From: a bacterium UBP11_UBA4055
GTDB lineage: Bacteria; UBA4055
Length of the DNA: 64,000 nt
Direction: 5' to 3'
NCBI GenBank assembly: GCA_002382735.1
Contig: DFZN01000043.1
Coordinates: 35,543-99,542, forward strand
A program made the position numbers and the translations under genes. The stretch's first letter is position 1, and each line of letters starts with the position of its first letter. This document shows positions 19,513 through 28,344 of the stretch, in pieces. The notes beneath the pieces are model-generated. The model made no database searches and was not told the origin of the DNA. It was given only the letters and a program-made list of their open reading frames with translations.

Positions 19513-20760
19513 TTACTGGCCGTATTTTGCGATTATTTCCTGCTTTGTCTTTCCGAGTATGTCGAACTTTTTACCGACTTTTATAAAAGCTTCAAGCGCT
19601 TTTTCCAAATGATGCATCTCATGTCCGGCCGATATCTGCGTTCTTATCCTTGCCTGTCCCTGCGGAACTACCGGGAAGAAGAAGCCGATGGCATATATAC
19701 CTTCTTCATACAGTGCTTTTGAGAAGTCCTGGGAAAGTTTTGCGTTGAAAAGCATTACCGGAACGATCGGAGTATCTCCGTCCTTAAGAACAAAACCGGC
19801 TTCAGTGAGACCTTTTCTCCAGAATTCCGTGTTCTTTTCAAGCTTGTCCCTTCTCTCGGTGCTTTTGGAAAGAATGTCGAGAACCGTGTTCACGCCTGAA
19901 ACCACCACTGGAGCTATAGTGTTGGAGAAAAGGTACGGCCTTGCTTTCTGGCGGCACATTTCGACAAGTTCTTTTCTGCCCGATACACATCCGCCCGACG
20001 CTCCGCCGAGTGCTTTTCCGAAAGTGGTGGTAATAATGTCTATCTTGCCCATCACTCCGTATTTTTCGTGAGTTCCTCTGCCTGTTTTGCCGATAAAGCC
20101 TGAAGAATGGGATTCGTCAACAAAAAGCATCGCGTCGTATTTCTCACACAGTGCTGCCATCTCGTCCAGCTTTGCCGTATCTCCGTCCATTGAGAACACT
20201 CCGTCAGTGATGACTACCTTGAGCCTCTTGTCGGCATGAAGCTGAAGTTTTTCTTCAAGATGCGCCATATCGGAATGCTTGAAAGTGTCGTGCATGGCCG
20301 GCGCAAGTCTGATCCCGTCGATTATTGATGCGTGGACCAGCCTGTCGGAGATCATAACATCATCCTTGGTCAGTATAGCCTCGAAAACACCGGCATTCGC
20401 ATCCATGCAGGAAGGGAACAGGATCGTGTCCTCCGTTCCTAAGAATTCGGTGACCTTTCTTTCAAGCTCCTTGTGGATGTCCTGCGTTCCGCAGATGAAA
20501 CGGACCGATGACATGCCGTAGCCTCTTGTGTCAAGACCTTCGTGGGCAGCTTTGATCACATCGGGGTGGCTTGAAAGACCGAGATAGTTGTTCGCGCACA
20601 TGTTGATAACTTTTTTTAGAGCGGATCCCGTGGGGAATTCAACCTCTATGTCGGCTGCCTGAGAAGAGTGAATGTACCTTTCCTGCTTGAATATTCCCTT
20701 TTCCCTGATCTCATCAAGAGAGCCGTTGTATATGTTCCTAACTTTATCACTGTAAGCCAT
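19513..20760 (-). CDS. Alpha-oxoamine synthase (Kbl-like), ACP-linked copy
   Basis: CANNYLG, SSVRFICGTQ, variant DRLVHASIIDG, DESH, TFGKALGG. Confidence 0.9.
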   Translation of the reverse strand: MAYSDKVRNIYNGSLDEIREKGIFKQERYIHSSQAADIEVEFPTGSALKKVINMCANNYLGLSSHPDVIKAAHEGLDTRGYGMSSVRFICGTQDIHKELERKVTEFLGTEDTILFPSCMDANAGVFEAILTKDDVMISDRLVHASIIDGIRLAPAMHDTFKHSDMAHLEEKLQLHADKRLKVVITDGVFSMDGDTAKLDEMAALCEKYDAMLFVDESHSSGFIGKTGRGTHEKYGVMGKIDIITTTFGKALGGASGGCVSGRKELVEMCRQKARPYLFSNTIAPVVVSGVNTVLDILSKSTERRDKLEKNTEFWRKGLTEAGFVLKDGDTPIVPVMLFNAKLSQDFSKALYEEGIYAIGFFFPVVPQGQARIRTQISAGHEMHHLEKALEAFIKVGKKFDILGKTKQEIIAKYGQ

Positions 20761-20770
20761 ATCGGGTCTC

Positions 20771-21016
20771 CTACTTCAAAAATTCATTTACGAGTTTTAC
20801 GATCTTGGTCACGCTGTCGAAAGCTTCCGGAGTAGCTTTGTCGTCAGGTATTGAGATCTTGTATTTGTTCTCGAGGAACCTTTTTAATGATACCATCGAA
20901 AAAGAGTCCACGATGCCGCCTGAAATTAAAGGGGTGTCGTAGGTCAGCACTTCATCTTCGTCTTCGAGATATTCGTTTATTACATACTTCAGAACTACAT
21001 CTTTCATTTCGTCCAT
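20771..21016 (-). CDS. Acyl/aminoacyl carrier protein
   Basis: 81 aa, acidic, GIVDSFSMV phosphopantetheine site, PEAFDSV. Confidence 0.92.
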   Translation of the reverse strand: MDEMKDVVLKYVINEYLEDEDEVLTYDTPLISGGIVDSFSMVSLKRFLENKYKISIPDDKATPEAFDSVTKIVKLVNEFLK

Positions 21017-21054
21017 TTTGCTTCTCCTCCTGTTTTTTTTATTTTTTATGTTTT

Positions 21055-22764
21055 TTATTCGTCATCGAGCGTTGAAGTATCGCCTATGTCCTGACCCCAT
21101 TCCTGAGCCCTGAGCATCCTTCTCATGATCTTGCCGCTTCTCGTTTTAGGCAGCTTTTCTAAGTATTCGATCTCCTGAGGCATGGCGAGAGGAGACAGTT
21201 TTTTCCTGATGAAGTTCATTATCTCAAGCTCAAGGTCTTCATCCGGTTCGAATCCCGGTTTTAAAGTAACGAAAGCCTTAACTACTTCCATATTGACTTC
21301 ATCAGGCTTGGAGACCACCGCTGATTCCGCTACGGCGGGATGCTCGAGAAGCGCCGATTCGACCTCAAACGGGCTGACAAGGTGGCCGGCAGTATTGATG
21401 ACATCGTCGTCCCTGCCCACGAACCAGTAGTATCCGTCCGCGTCAACAGTTGATTTGTCGCCGGGCAGGTACCAGCCGTTGGCGAATTTCTTTTTATATA
21501 TCTCCTCGTTATTCCAGTATGCCCTCATCATAGCCGGCCACCCGGGTCTAAATCCGATCAGTCCGGGCTTGTTCGGTTCGGTGATCGGCTCAAAAGTCTT
21601 CTCGTCAATGACCGCGCCCGTAACGCCGGGGAACACTTTGCCCATCGAGCCGGGTTTGACCTTCATTCCGGGATAGTTGCAGATCATCATCGATCCGGTC
21701 TCGGTCTGCCAGTATGTGTCGTAGAACGGTTTGCCGAACACTCTCTGCGACCAGATGACCGCCTCTGCATTGAGAGGCTCGCCTACGCTCGCGAGATGCC
21801 TGAGCGAGCTCAGGTCGTACTGTTTTACAAGCTCTTCGCCGGCTTTCATCAGTGACCTTATCGCCGTAGGGGCAGAGTACCACATGGTCACTTTGTTCTT
21901 CTGTATGAATTTGTACCAGCTGTCAGCAGAGAAGCCGGCATCGAGAACGCACTGCGTCACCCCGTTCGACCACGCACCGATTATTCCGTATGATGTTCCA
22001 GTGACCCAGCCCGGATCCGCGGTGCACCAGTAAATATCGTCATCCTGCAGGTCAAGGACCCATTTAGCTGTAAGATACTGTGAGATTATCGAATAATGAA
22101 CATGCTTTACGCCTTTCGGCAGCCCGGTCGTTCCTGATGTATAGTGAAGCACCGAGGGCGACTCAGCTTTAGTCGGAAAGATCTCGAATTCGTCTATCCA
22201 TTCAGCTTTTTCAAGATCAAAAGCTTTTTCTCTCTCTTTAAGGGGCTTTAAACCGTCATGGTCGATTATTATTATATGCTCTAAGAACGGTGTTCTTTCA
22301 AGAAGCTTCCTTACTTTGCCGACATGCTTTCTCTGAGTGATTATAGCTTTCGTCTGAGCGTTCTCAAGCCTTACAAAAAGGCTCTCGTCCCCGAATGCGG
22401 AAAAAAGCGGCTGAGCTATTGCGCCTATCTTTAAGACCCCGAGAAATCCGAGATACAGTTCGGGAACTTTGTCCATGAACAAACAGACCCTGTCCTCGCT
22501 CTTTATCCCGATGCTCTTCAGGTAATGCCCTATCGTGTTGGTCGCTTTTCTGATGTCGTCGAATGTGTATCTTTTTTCTTCACCGCCGTGACCCTCCCAG
22601 ATAAGGGCTGTTTTCTGCGCTTTTCCCATTTTGCAGATCCTGTCGGTGCAGTGCCATCCTATGTTGATAACTTCGCCTTCTTTGTAGCCGAGCTCTTCTT
22701 CAGCCGTTTTCCAGCTGAAATCCTTCACTCTTTCTTCGTAGGAACCGATGTTTGACATATACAT
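21055..22764 (-). CDS. AMP-forming acyl-CoA/ACP ligase (acetate-CoA ligase-like)
   Basis: YTSGTTGLPKG, ADPGWVTG, SVGEPL, YWQTETG, GRDDDVI, LPKTRSGKIMRR. Confidence 0.92.
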   Translation of the reverse strand: MYMSNIGSYEERVKDFSWKTAEEELGYKEGEVINIGWHCTDRICKMGKAQKTALIWEGHGGEEKRYTFDDIRKATNTIGHYLKSIGIKSEDRVCLFMDKVPELYLGFLGVLKIGAIAQPLFSAFGDESLFVRLENAQTKAIITQRKHVGKVRKLLERTPFLEHIIIIDHDGLKPLKEREKAFDLEKAEWIDEFEIFPTKAESPSVLHYTSGTTGLPKGVKHVHYSIISQYLTAKWVLDLQDDDIYWCTADPGWVTGTSYGIIGAWSNGVTQCVLDAGFSADSWYKFIQKNKVTMWYSAPTAIRSLMKAGEELVKQYDLSSLRHLASVGEPLNAEAVIWSQRVFGKPFYDTYWQTETGSMMICNYPGMKVKPGSMGKVFPGVTGAVIDEKTFEPITEPNKPGLIGFRPGWPAMMRAYWNNEEIYKKKFANGWYLPGDKSTVDADGYYWFVGRDDDVINTAGHLVSPFEVESALLEHPAVAESAVVSKPDEVNMEVVKAFVTLKPGFEPDEDLELEIMNFIRKKLSPLAMPQEIEYLEKLPKTRSGKIMRRMLRAQEWGQDIGDTSTLDDE

Positions 22765-22813
22765 TTCTCCCTGATTTATTTTAATTATCTGTAAAGTTCG
22801 TCCAAAGAGAATT

Positions 22814-22842
22814 AATTTATGATTTTATTGCGTTTAAATCAA
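22814..22842 (-). promoter_or_regulatory. Possible internal promoter ahead of ligase-ACP-AOS genes
   Basis: Minus strand TTGATT-17 nt-TAAATT in a 110-bp AT-rich gap. Confidence 0.45.
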
Positions 22843-22874
22843 TCAAATTTTTATGTATTTAAGGGACAGTGTTT

Positions 22875-23489
22875 TTACCTTCCCAGATAATATTTAGCCG
22901 GCTCGTTGTCTTTATCCAGAATTATGACACTGCCGAAGATGAGTAGAGCTTCGTCCTTTTCGCCGTTTAAGAATTTACTTTCGGCGAGTATGTTCAAGAA
23001 TACGACATTCGTTGGAAAAATTGACACCATTTTTTCTGCTGTTTTTATTGCGAGATCATATTTTTTCTGCTTCATAAGAGCGACTGCGTACCAGTAATTT
23101 GCGTAATAGTTGTAATGATCTATTTTAAATACCTTTACAGATTGGATTTCGACCTTCTCCCATTCCATTTTAGCTACATTTATCAGATTTATAGTGTTCA
23201 GGACTTCGACTGAGTAGGGATAAATTAACAGAGCTGTTTCAAGATGTTTTTGAGCGTTCGAATAATTTCCGGAAAGATAATATAACCATCCGAGCCTGTA
23301 ATTTACCGTATAGCCTGAGGGATAATCCTTTATAACTTTACCGAGCGCAGAGATCGCCTTATCGTATTTCTGGCCCGTTTCAAATTTTATCGAGTTGTTG
23401 TAAGCCTCTTCCAGCTCTTTCTGCGTCATTTCTGCAACTAGTGATACAGTCGCAATAAAAAGGAACAGAATTAAGGATATTTTCTTCAT
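22875..23489 (-). CDS. Exported TPR protein
   Basis: Signal peptide MKKISLILFLFIATVSLVA; TPRs (YRLGWLYYLSGNY). Confidence 0.85.
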   Translation of the reverse strand: MKKISLILFLFIATVSLVAEMTQKELEEAYNNSIKFETGQKYDKAISALGKVIKDYPSGYTVNYRLGWLYYLSGNYSNAQKHLETALLIYPYSVEVLNTINLINVAKMEWEKVEIQSVKVFKIDHYNYYANYWYAVALMKQKKYDLAIKTAEKMVSIFPTNVVFLNILAESKFLNGEKDEALLIFGSVIILDKDNEPAKYYLGR

Positions 23490-24904
23490 TTTACTCTCCA
23501 GTTGTAGTTAGCCGTTATTGAATTCGTCAGTATGGTGTAGTCCTCAAAATCCGAAAAAGAAACCGTATAGCCCAGTATCCAGTCGCCGAACAGCTTTCTG
23601 AATATTACTCCGGCGATGATGTTGGTTTTAAGCTTTGAATCGTTCGTATTGAGATATCTGCCCTCGCCTGTGTTGACAAGGAATATATCGCCCTTCGAAT
23701 AGCTTGTAAAAATATCATAGTCTTCGCTTCTGAACCCCGCCGTGGCTCCGTAAAGAAATCTCGCGCCCCCTTTGACGATATCAGGTGAGAGCTCCGTAAC
23801 AAGAGTTTCTCTGTCGGAACTAAGCATGTCGGACGCATAATCCGAATCTATATCCTCAACTATATTCACTATGCCGCCAAGGAATACATAACCCAGATTG
23901 ACAGATCCGTCAAATGTAAACTGAAGAGAAGTGAAAGAATCCGTATATGTTTCGTATTTTTCCCCTCTGGGAAGGGGATTTACGACGAATTTGTAATAAT
24001 TGTAATTTATGCCTGAATAATTCACGAATGTGTCGCCACTGAAATATCTGCCTAACCCGAATCTTGCGCCGGCTGAAACTGCGCTCATGTTCTGGATATA
24101 GTCGTTCACGAGAATACTTCCCTTCAGCCCACCGTAAACTGTCAGAGCACGGTTCAGGGTATAATTGTACTGCCCGAAGAACTCGTACTGGCCAATATCG
24201 TCATAGAACAAAAACCCCCGCTCTTTGTTCATAGCAGGATCAATGCCCGTGCCCTGCAAAACGAAATTCGTGTTGAACCTGTGACGGGCTTTTCCGAAAT
24301 TATAGTTGATGTTGAAATTATAGCCGCCCAAAAGAAGCTCGTTACTGCCGTAGTCGTAGAAGGAGAATATTACATCTAAAAACCGCCTGTCCTCATTTAG
24401 CTTTGGAAGCAGAGTGGAGTAAGCCTTTCTGAATTCGTCCGAACCGAAACCGTCGCTTATTGCCTTGCCGTACCAGTCAGCCGTCTTCTGATAATAACCG
24501 GTCTGAGACAGTCCCCATCCCGTGAGAGAGTATATCTGCTTTTTTCTAAAATAATCACTACCCGATCTGAGAAGTTTTTCCGCATACGATGTTTTTCCGA
24601 GCAGCGCGTCAGAATAAATGACTCTGTCCTGATTCAATTCCGAATTGCTGAGCTTAAGAAGTTTATTGGCATATTTATTCGCAGTTTTGATCCCGCCTGA
24701 GTTTATACTCGCGTTGTATATACCTGTCATGGCTCCCGCATTCTCAGGATCGGAATTTTCAGCTTCGTAATAATATTCGAGTGCTTTTAACATATCGCCC
24801 TTAAAATAAAATTCATCGCCTTTTACAAGCAACTGTTCTGACCCTGTTGCCGCAAAAATATTCCCCAAAGCTGATAATAGTACTACAAAGAAGAAACATT
24901 TCAT
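23486..24904 (-). CDS. Exported protein: N-terminal TPRs plus probable outer-membrane beta-barrel
   Basis: Signal peptide, TPR region, then amphipathic strands (YNFNINYNFG, YEFFGQYNYT, WILGYTVSF) and terminal YNW. Confidence 0.65.
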   Translation of the reverse strand: MKCFFFVVLLSALGNIFAATGSEQLLVKGDEFYFKGDMLKALEYYYEAENSDPENAGAMTGIYNASINSGGIKTANKYANKLLKLSNSELNQDRVIYSDALLGKTSYAEKLLRSGSDYFRKKQIYSLTGWGLSQTGYYQKTADWYGKAISDGFGSDEFRKAYSTLLPKLNEDRRFLDVIFSFYDYGSNELLLGGYNFNINYNFGKARHRFNTNFVLQGTGIDPAMNKERGFLFYDDIGQYEFFGQYNYTLNRALTVYGGLKGSILVNDYIQNMSAVSAGARFGLGRYFSGDTFVNYSGINYNYYKFVVNPLPRGEKYETYTDSFTSLQFTFDGSVNLGYVFLGGIVNIVEDIDSDYASDMLSSDRETLVTELSPDIVKGGARFLYGATAGFRSEDYDIFTSYSKGDIFLVNTGEGRYLNTNDSKLKTNIIAGVIFRKLFGDWILGYTVSFSDFEDYTILTNSITANYNWRVK

Positions 24905-26979
24905 ATCTTTGTTATCCTTATCTCTTTCCCGCCGGACATTATACCCACTTCTCTTATGCCTTTTCGCTGACAGAGCTCAGCTTCCGTCCGGGCTGACACC
25001 TTACCGTTCTTCACGATCCTTCCCGTTACCTTTTTGCCGTCATGTTTTGCGTAGAATCCCTTCTGGCTGCTTAGACCGGTTCCGAAAGATTTTATTAAGA
25101 GAGGAATTCTTGAACTTCTAAGCACATTTTCAGGAATATATTCGTTCCATTCTATATCGTCGTCGTCGGAAAACGGGACAGAGGGAAGCGCGAGGAAAAA
25201 ATATCGTAAGGCTGAAGTATAATTCCCGTCGTATTTGAAGAAAACGAACCTGCCTTTATCGGTACCGAAGTACAATCTGCTTCCTTTGCCGTCGGAAAAA
25301 TAATATGTGCCTTCTACTTCCATCCCGACCTTTAATGTCAGATCGGATATTACCCTGCCGTTTTCTGTCACTTTATAGCTGAACTGCTCATCGAGAACGA
25401 ACTGAAGTTTTCTCGAAAGCGTTTTCGAAGTGACGAGCGGAATGACCGTGTCGTTCTTTGAAAGATATTTTGCATCTGTATCCTTTCCGTTGACCTTGAG
25501 AGAGTTGAAGGCGAATTCTATGCCGGGCGTTCCTATCAGATGATTAAGTTGTACCTGAACATGAAGGTGAGGCTCGGGCGAATAACCTGAATTCCCGCAT
25601 TCGGCTATGAGCCGGCCTTTTGTAATCTGGTCGTTCTTTTTGACTCTGACCGAACCCTGTTTCAAATGCGACAGTTCGACATAATATCCCGGATAAACAT
25701 AAATTATGATATAATTCCCCCAGTTGCTGGATTTATCGACCTCGCCTATCTCATTGTCGTCAAGGTCGTCGAACACTTCGACTACCGTACCGTCGGCCGG
25801 AGAGAGTACGGGTTTTCCGAAGCAGAAATAATCCTCTCTTTTTGACCCGTCGCCGGAAAATGTTTTACCGTTCTCCGAAATAACGAAGTCGTACGCATAT
25901 TTCCAGAACCCTTTGTGCGTCCACTCGCCGTCAAATCCCTGATAAACAGTCCATTTACCGGAGAACGGCAGCCTGATCGAAGGCGTGACCCAGTCGAACC
26001 TGTTCGAATAGTTGAGGTGGTCAACGAGCGCCATCTCAGGCTGTTCGAGGCCGGTTGAGTTCATCATCACATATTTCACGCTTCCGAGAACATAGATGTA
26101 TAAGAGCACAGTAAGGTTGAACGGAAGGGTGAATACCGGTATGCCGAAGGAGATCCAGAACACAGATGCGGCGTCAATGATGAAGACCGAGCCGAGTACT
26201 GCCGTCAGGGTCAAGAGGTATGTCCTCTTGGACGGTATCAGGAACATTCCGCCGAGAGCAGCGCCGACGAGTATGAAGTTGAATGAGGATATTTCGGCGA
26301 AAGCGAGCGGGATGCTTCCCTTTAACAGAGACAGGAAAAATATTCCTGCGTAATACGAAGCGACGGCGGAAAAGAATGTAATTCTGGAGTACAGAAGTAT
26401 CGCGAGCAGAAGTATCAGTCCCACGATGTCGTAAGGCATGAATATCAGTATGCCGGCGGCGCGTAGGAGACCCTGTACATATCCGGGCAGAAAGTCGAGG
26501 TTAAAATATTCCTGCTTATAGAATGAGTCGACGATAAGGCTGCTGTATTTACCTGAAGCAAGATATATTATCGTAGCCGAGATCGTGAAAGGGATGTTGA
26601 GCACCGGCAGTTTGAAGTACAGATACAGCGCAGAACTTATGGTATATGTGAGAAGGACGGTAAATATGCTCATTCCGACTGCCAGCAGCATCGAAAGGTA
26701 AGTTACCTTGAATATGAACCCGACAGCGAACCCGGTCAGAAGCGCGTTGTAGGTGAGAAGCTTGTTGACAGGATCATCCTTTTTTATTCCGATGAATCTG
26801 GAGAATAATAGAGCGGTGATCAGCCCGATAATTCCCGTAAGAGCTATATTTCTGTTGAACAGTGTCGCAAAGAAAAGAATGAGGCCGAGCGCCTGATTTC
26901 TTATGAAGAACAGGTTGGAGTAGGCGTGGAGCAGTTCTCGAATGAACTCAGCGGCCTTCGAAGCTCTTTTTTCTTCCAT
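24901..26979 (-). CDS. Urea-transporter-like membrane domain fused to an M23 peptidase domain
   Basis: ~300-aa polytopic N-terminus (YNALLTG, LPVLNIPF, IPVFTLPFN); M23 motifs H..YAYD, SHLKQGS, GNSGYSPEPHLH. Confidence 0.85.
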   Translation of the reverse strand: MEEKRASKAAEFIRELLHAYSNLFFIRNQALGLILFFATLFNRNIALTGIIGLITALLFSRFIGIKKDDPVNKLLTYNALLTGFAVGFIFKVTYLSMLLAVGMSIFTVLLTYTISSALYLYFKLPVLNIPFTISATIIYLASGKYSSLIVDSFYKQEYFNLDFLPGYVQGLLRAAGILIFMPYDIVGLILLLAILLYSRITFFSAVASYYAGIFFLSLLKGSIPLAFAEISSFNFILVGAALGGMFLIPSKRTYLLTLTAVLGSVFIIDAASVFWISFGIPVFTLPFNLTVLLYIYVLGSVKYVMMNSTGLEQPEMALVDHLNYSNRFDWVTPSIRLPFSGKWTVYQGFDGEWTHKGFWKYAYDFVISENGKTFSGDGSKREDYFCFGKPVLSPADGTVVEVFDDLDDNEIGEVDKSSNWGNYIIIYVYPGYYVELSHLKQGSVRVKKNDQITKGRLIAECGNSGYSPEPHLHVQVQLNHLIGTPGIEFAFNSLKVNGKDTDAKYLSKNDTVIPLVTSKTLSRKLQFVLDEQFSYKVTENGRVISDLTLKVGMEVEGTYYFSDGKGSRLYFGTDKGRFVFFKYDGNYTSALRYFFLALPSVPFSDDDDIEWNEYIPENVLRSSRIPLLIKSFGTGLSSQKGFYAKHDGKKVTGRIVKNGKVSARTEAELCQRKGIREVGIMSGGKEIRITKI

Positions 26980-26991
26980 GCTCTCCCGCTG

Positions 26992-28344
26992 TTACAAATT
27001 AAATTTTCTTAGTTTGTCAGGCACGAACTCCGGTCCTGTAATGTCCTCGAGCTTTTCTGCCCGCCTGATCTGCTCAAGCTTTCCGTCCTCCATTATCATC
27101 GCTACTGCCGGACGGTAGCGGATGAACTGCATCCACTGCGTCACATTATATGCGCCCATGGGCGACAGGATTATCCTTGTCCCTTTGGGCAGAGGAGGAA
27201 GAAACGCGCTTTCTGCGACGACATCGATATTCATGCAGAGCGGACCGTACAGTATGCTGTTCTCGTACGCGCCGTGAAGCTCGCGGTCTATCTCGACCTT
27301 GTAGTTGTACCAGGCTGAAGTGTAGAGCAGATTCACGCCGGCGTCGATGATGTAGGACTTCGTCCCGTCGGGCAGGCGCTTGACCGCATCGACGGTTGAG
27401 ATAAGCCAGCCGGCCTCGTCCACTATAGCGCGCCCGGTCTCGAGATACACATCCGGATACTCGTCCGGCGCGAGCTCGTCAAGAAGCGTGTCCGCCACGG
27501 CGTCGATGAAATTCTCGACGGGCTGGACGGCGACTTCGGGCGGAAGATAGGTCCCTTTAAGTTTGTTGTTCGAAGGAAAACCGCCCCCGAAATCGAGGTA
27601 CGATATTGTTATTTCAAATTCATGCTCTATCTTCCGCATCAGCTGCACAACTTTTTTCACTGCCTCTTTGTACGCGTTTGGATCCATCATGAATGTACCT
27701 ATGTGGCAGTGTATCCCCTCGAGGTGCAGATGTTCGCTGTGAGAGATCCTCTTCACAGCGTTGAAGGCGCCGTTGTTCTCGATCGGGAAGCCGAAGCGCG
27801 ACCACTGCGGATAAACTCCCGTGTCCATGTTGACCCTTATGCCGACGGAAACTTTTTTCCCGACTTTTTTTGCGGCTTCCTCCGCCTTGATGATCTCGTC
27901 AAAATTGTCGAGGTTCACCATCGCGCCGTCGGTAAAAGCGGTCACGAGAGAATCCAGCGGCTTATACGGTCCGTTGTAGATTATCCTGTTACCCGGCACG
28001 CCGAGGCTCCTCGCCTTTTCGTACTCGAAGTCGGACACGACCTCGGCAGTCTCACCCTCTTGGTGCAGGATCGAGCATACCGCGCCGAGATAGTTCGTCT
28101 TGTAGGACCAGCTCATCTTCGCTTTCGGGTACTTGCTGGAGAAATATGAATAAATTTTCCTGTACCTTTCCCTTATCACCTTCTCGCTCAGGACGAAAAC
28201 GGGGGATCCGAACTCATCGGTGAACCTGCCTATGGGAATTCCTTCGATGTCCTCCCTGTGGCCTTTGTTGTATGTCACACCGAACTTGTTCATCACTCCG
28301 GCCGACTGTCTTTTTATGTATGGTTTGATGTATTCTTTTTTCAT
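26992..28344 (-). CDS. Fold-type III PLP enzyme (DAP/Orn/Arg decarboxylase family)
   Basis: SYKTN (PLP Lys), HCHIGT, DFGGGF, ETGR, GPLCMNID, GAY. Confidence 0.9.
   Translation of the reverse strand: MKKEYIKPYIKRQSAGVMNKFGVTYNKGHREDIEGIPIGRFTDEFGSPVFVLSEKVIRERYRKIYSYFSSKYPKAKMSWSYKTNYLGAVCSILHQEGETAEVVSDFEYEKARSLGVPGNRIIYNGPYKPLDSLVTAFTDGAMVNLDNFDEIIKAEEAAKKVGKKVSVGIRVNMDTGVYPQWSRFGFPIENNGAFNAVKRISHSEHLHLEGIHCHIGTFMMDPNAYKEAVKKVVQLMRKIEHEFEITISYLDFGGGFPSNNKLKGTYLPPEVAVQPVENFIDAVADTLLDELAPDEYPDVYLETGRAIVDEAGWLISTVDAVKRLPDGTKSYIIDAGVNLLYTSAWYNYKVEIDRELHGAYENSILYGPLCMNIDVVAESAFLPPLPKGTRIILSPMGAYNVTQWMQFIRYRPAVAMIMEDGKLEQIRRAEKLEDITGPEFVPDKLRKFNL

Noticed and set aside
26992-28344. Calling the PLP enzyme lysA and the ligase acsA
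   Set aside because: Family membership is clear, but the context argues for pathway-specific roles, so symbols were withheld
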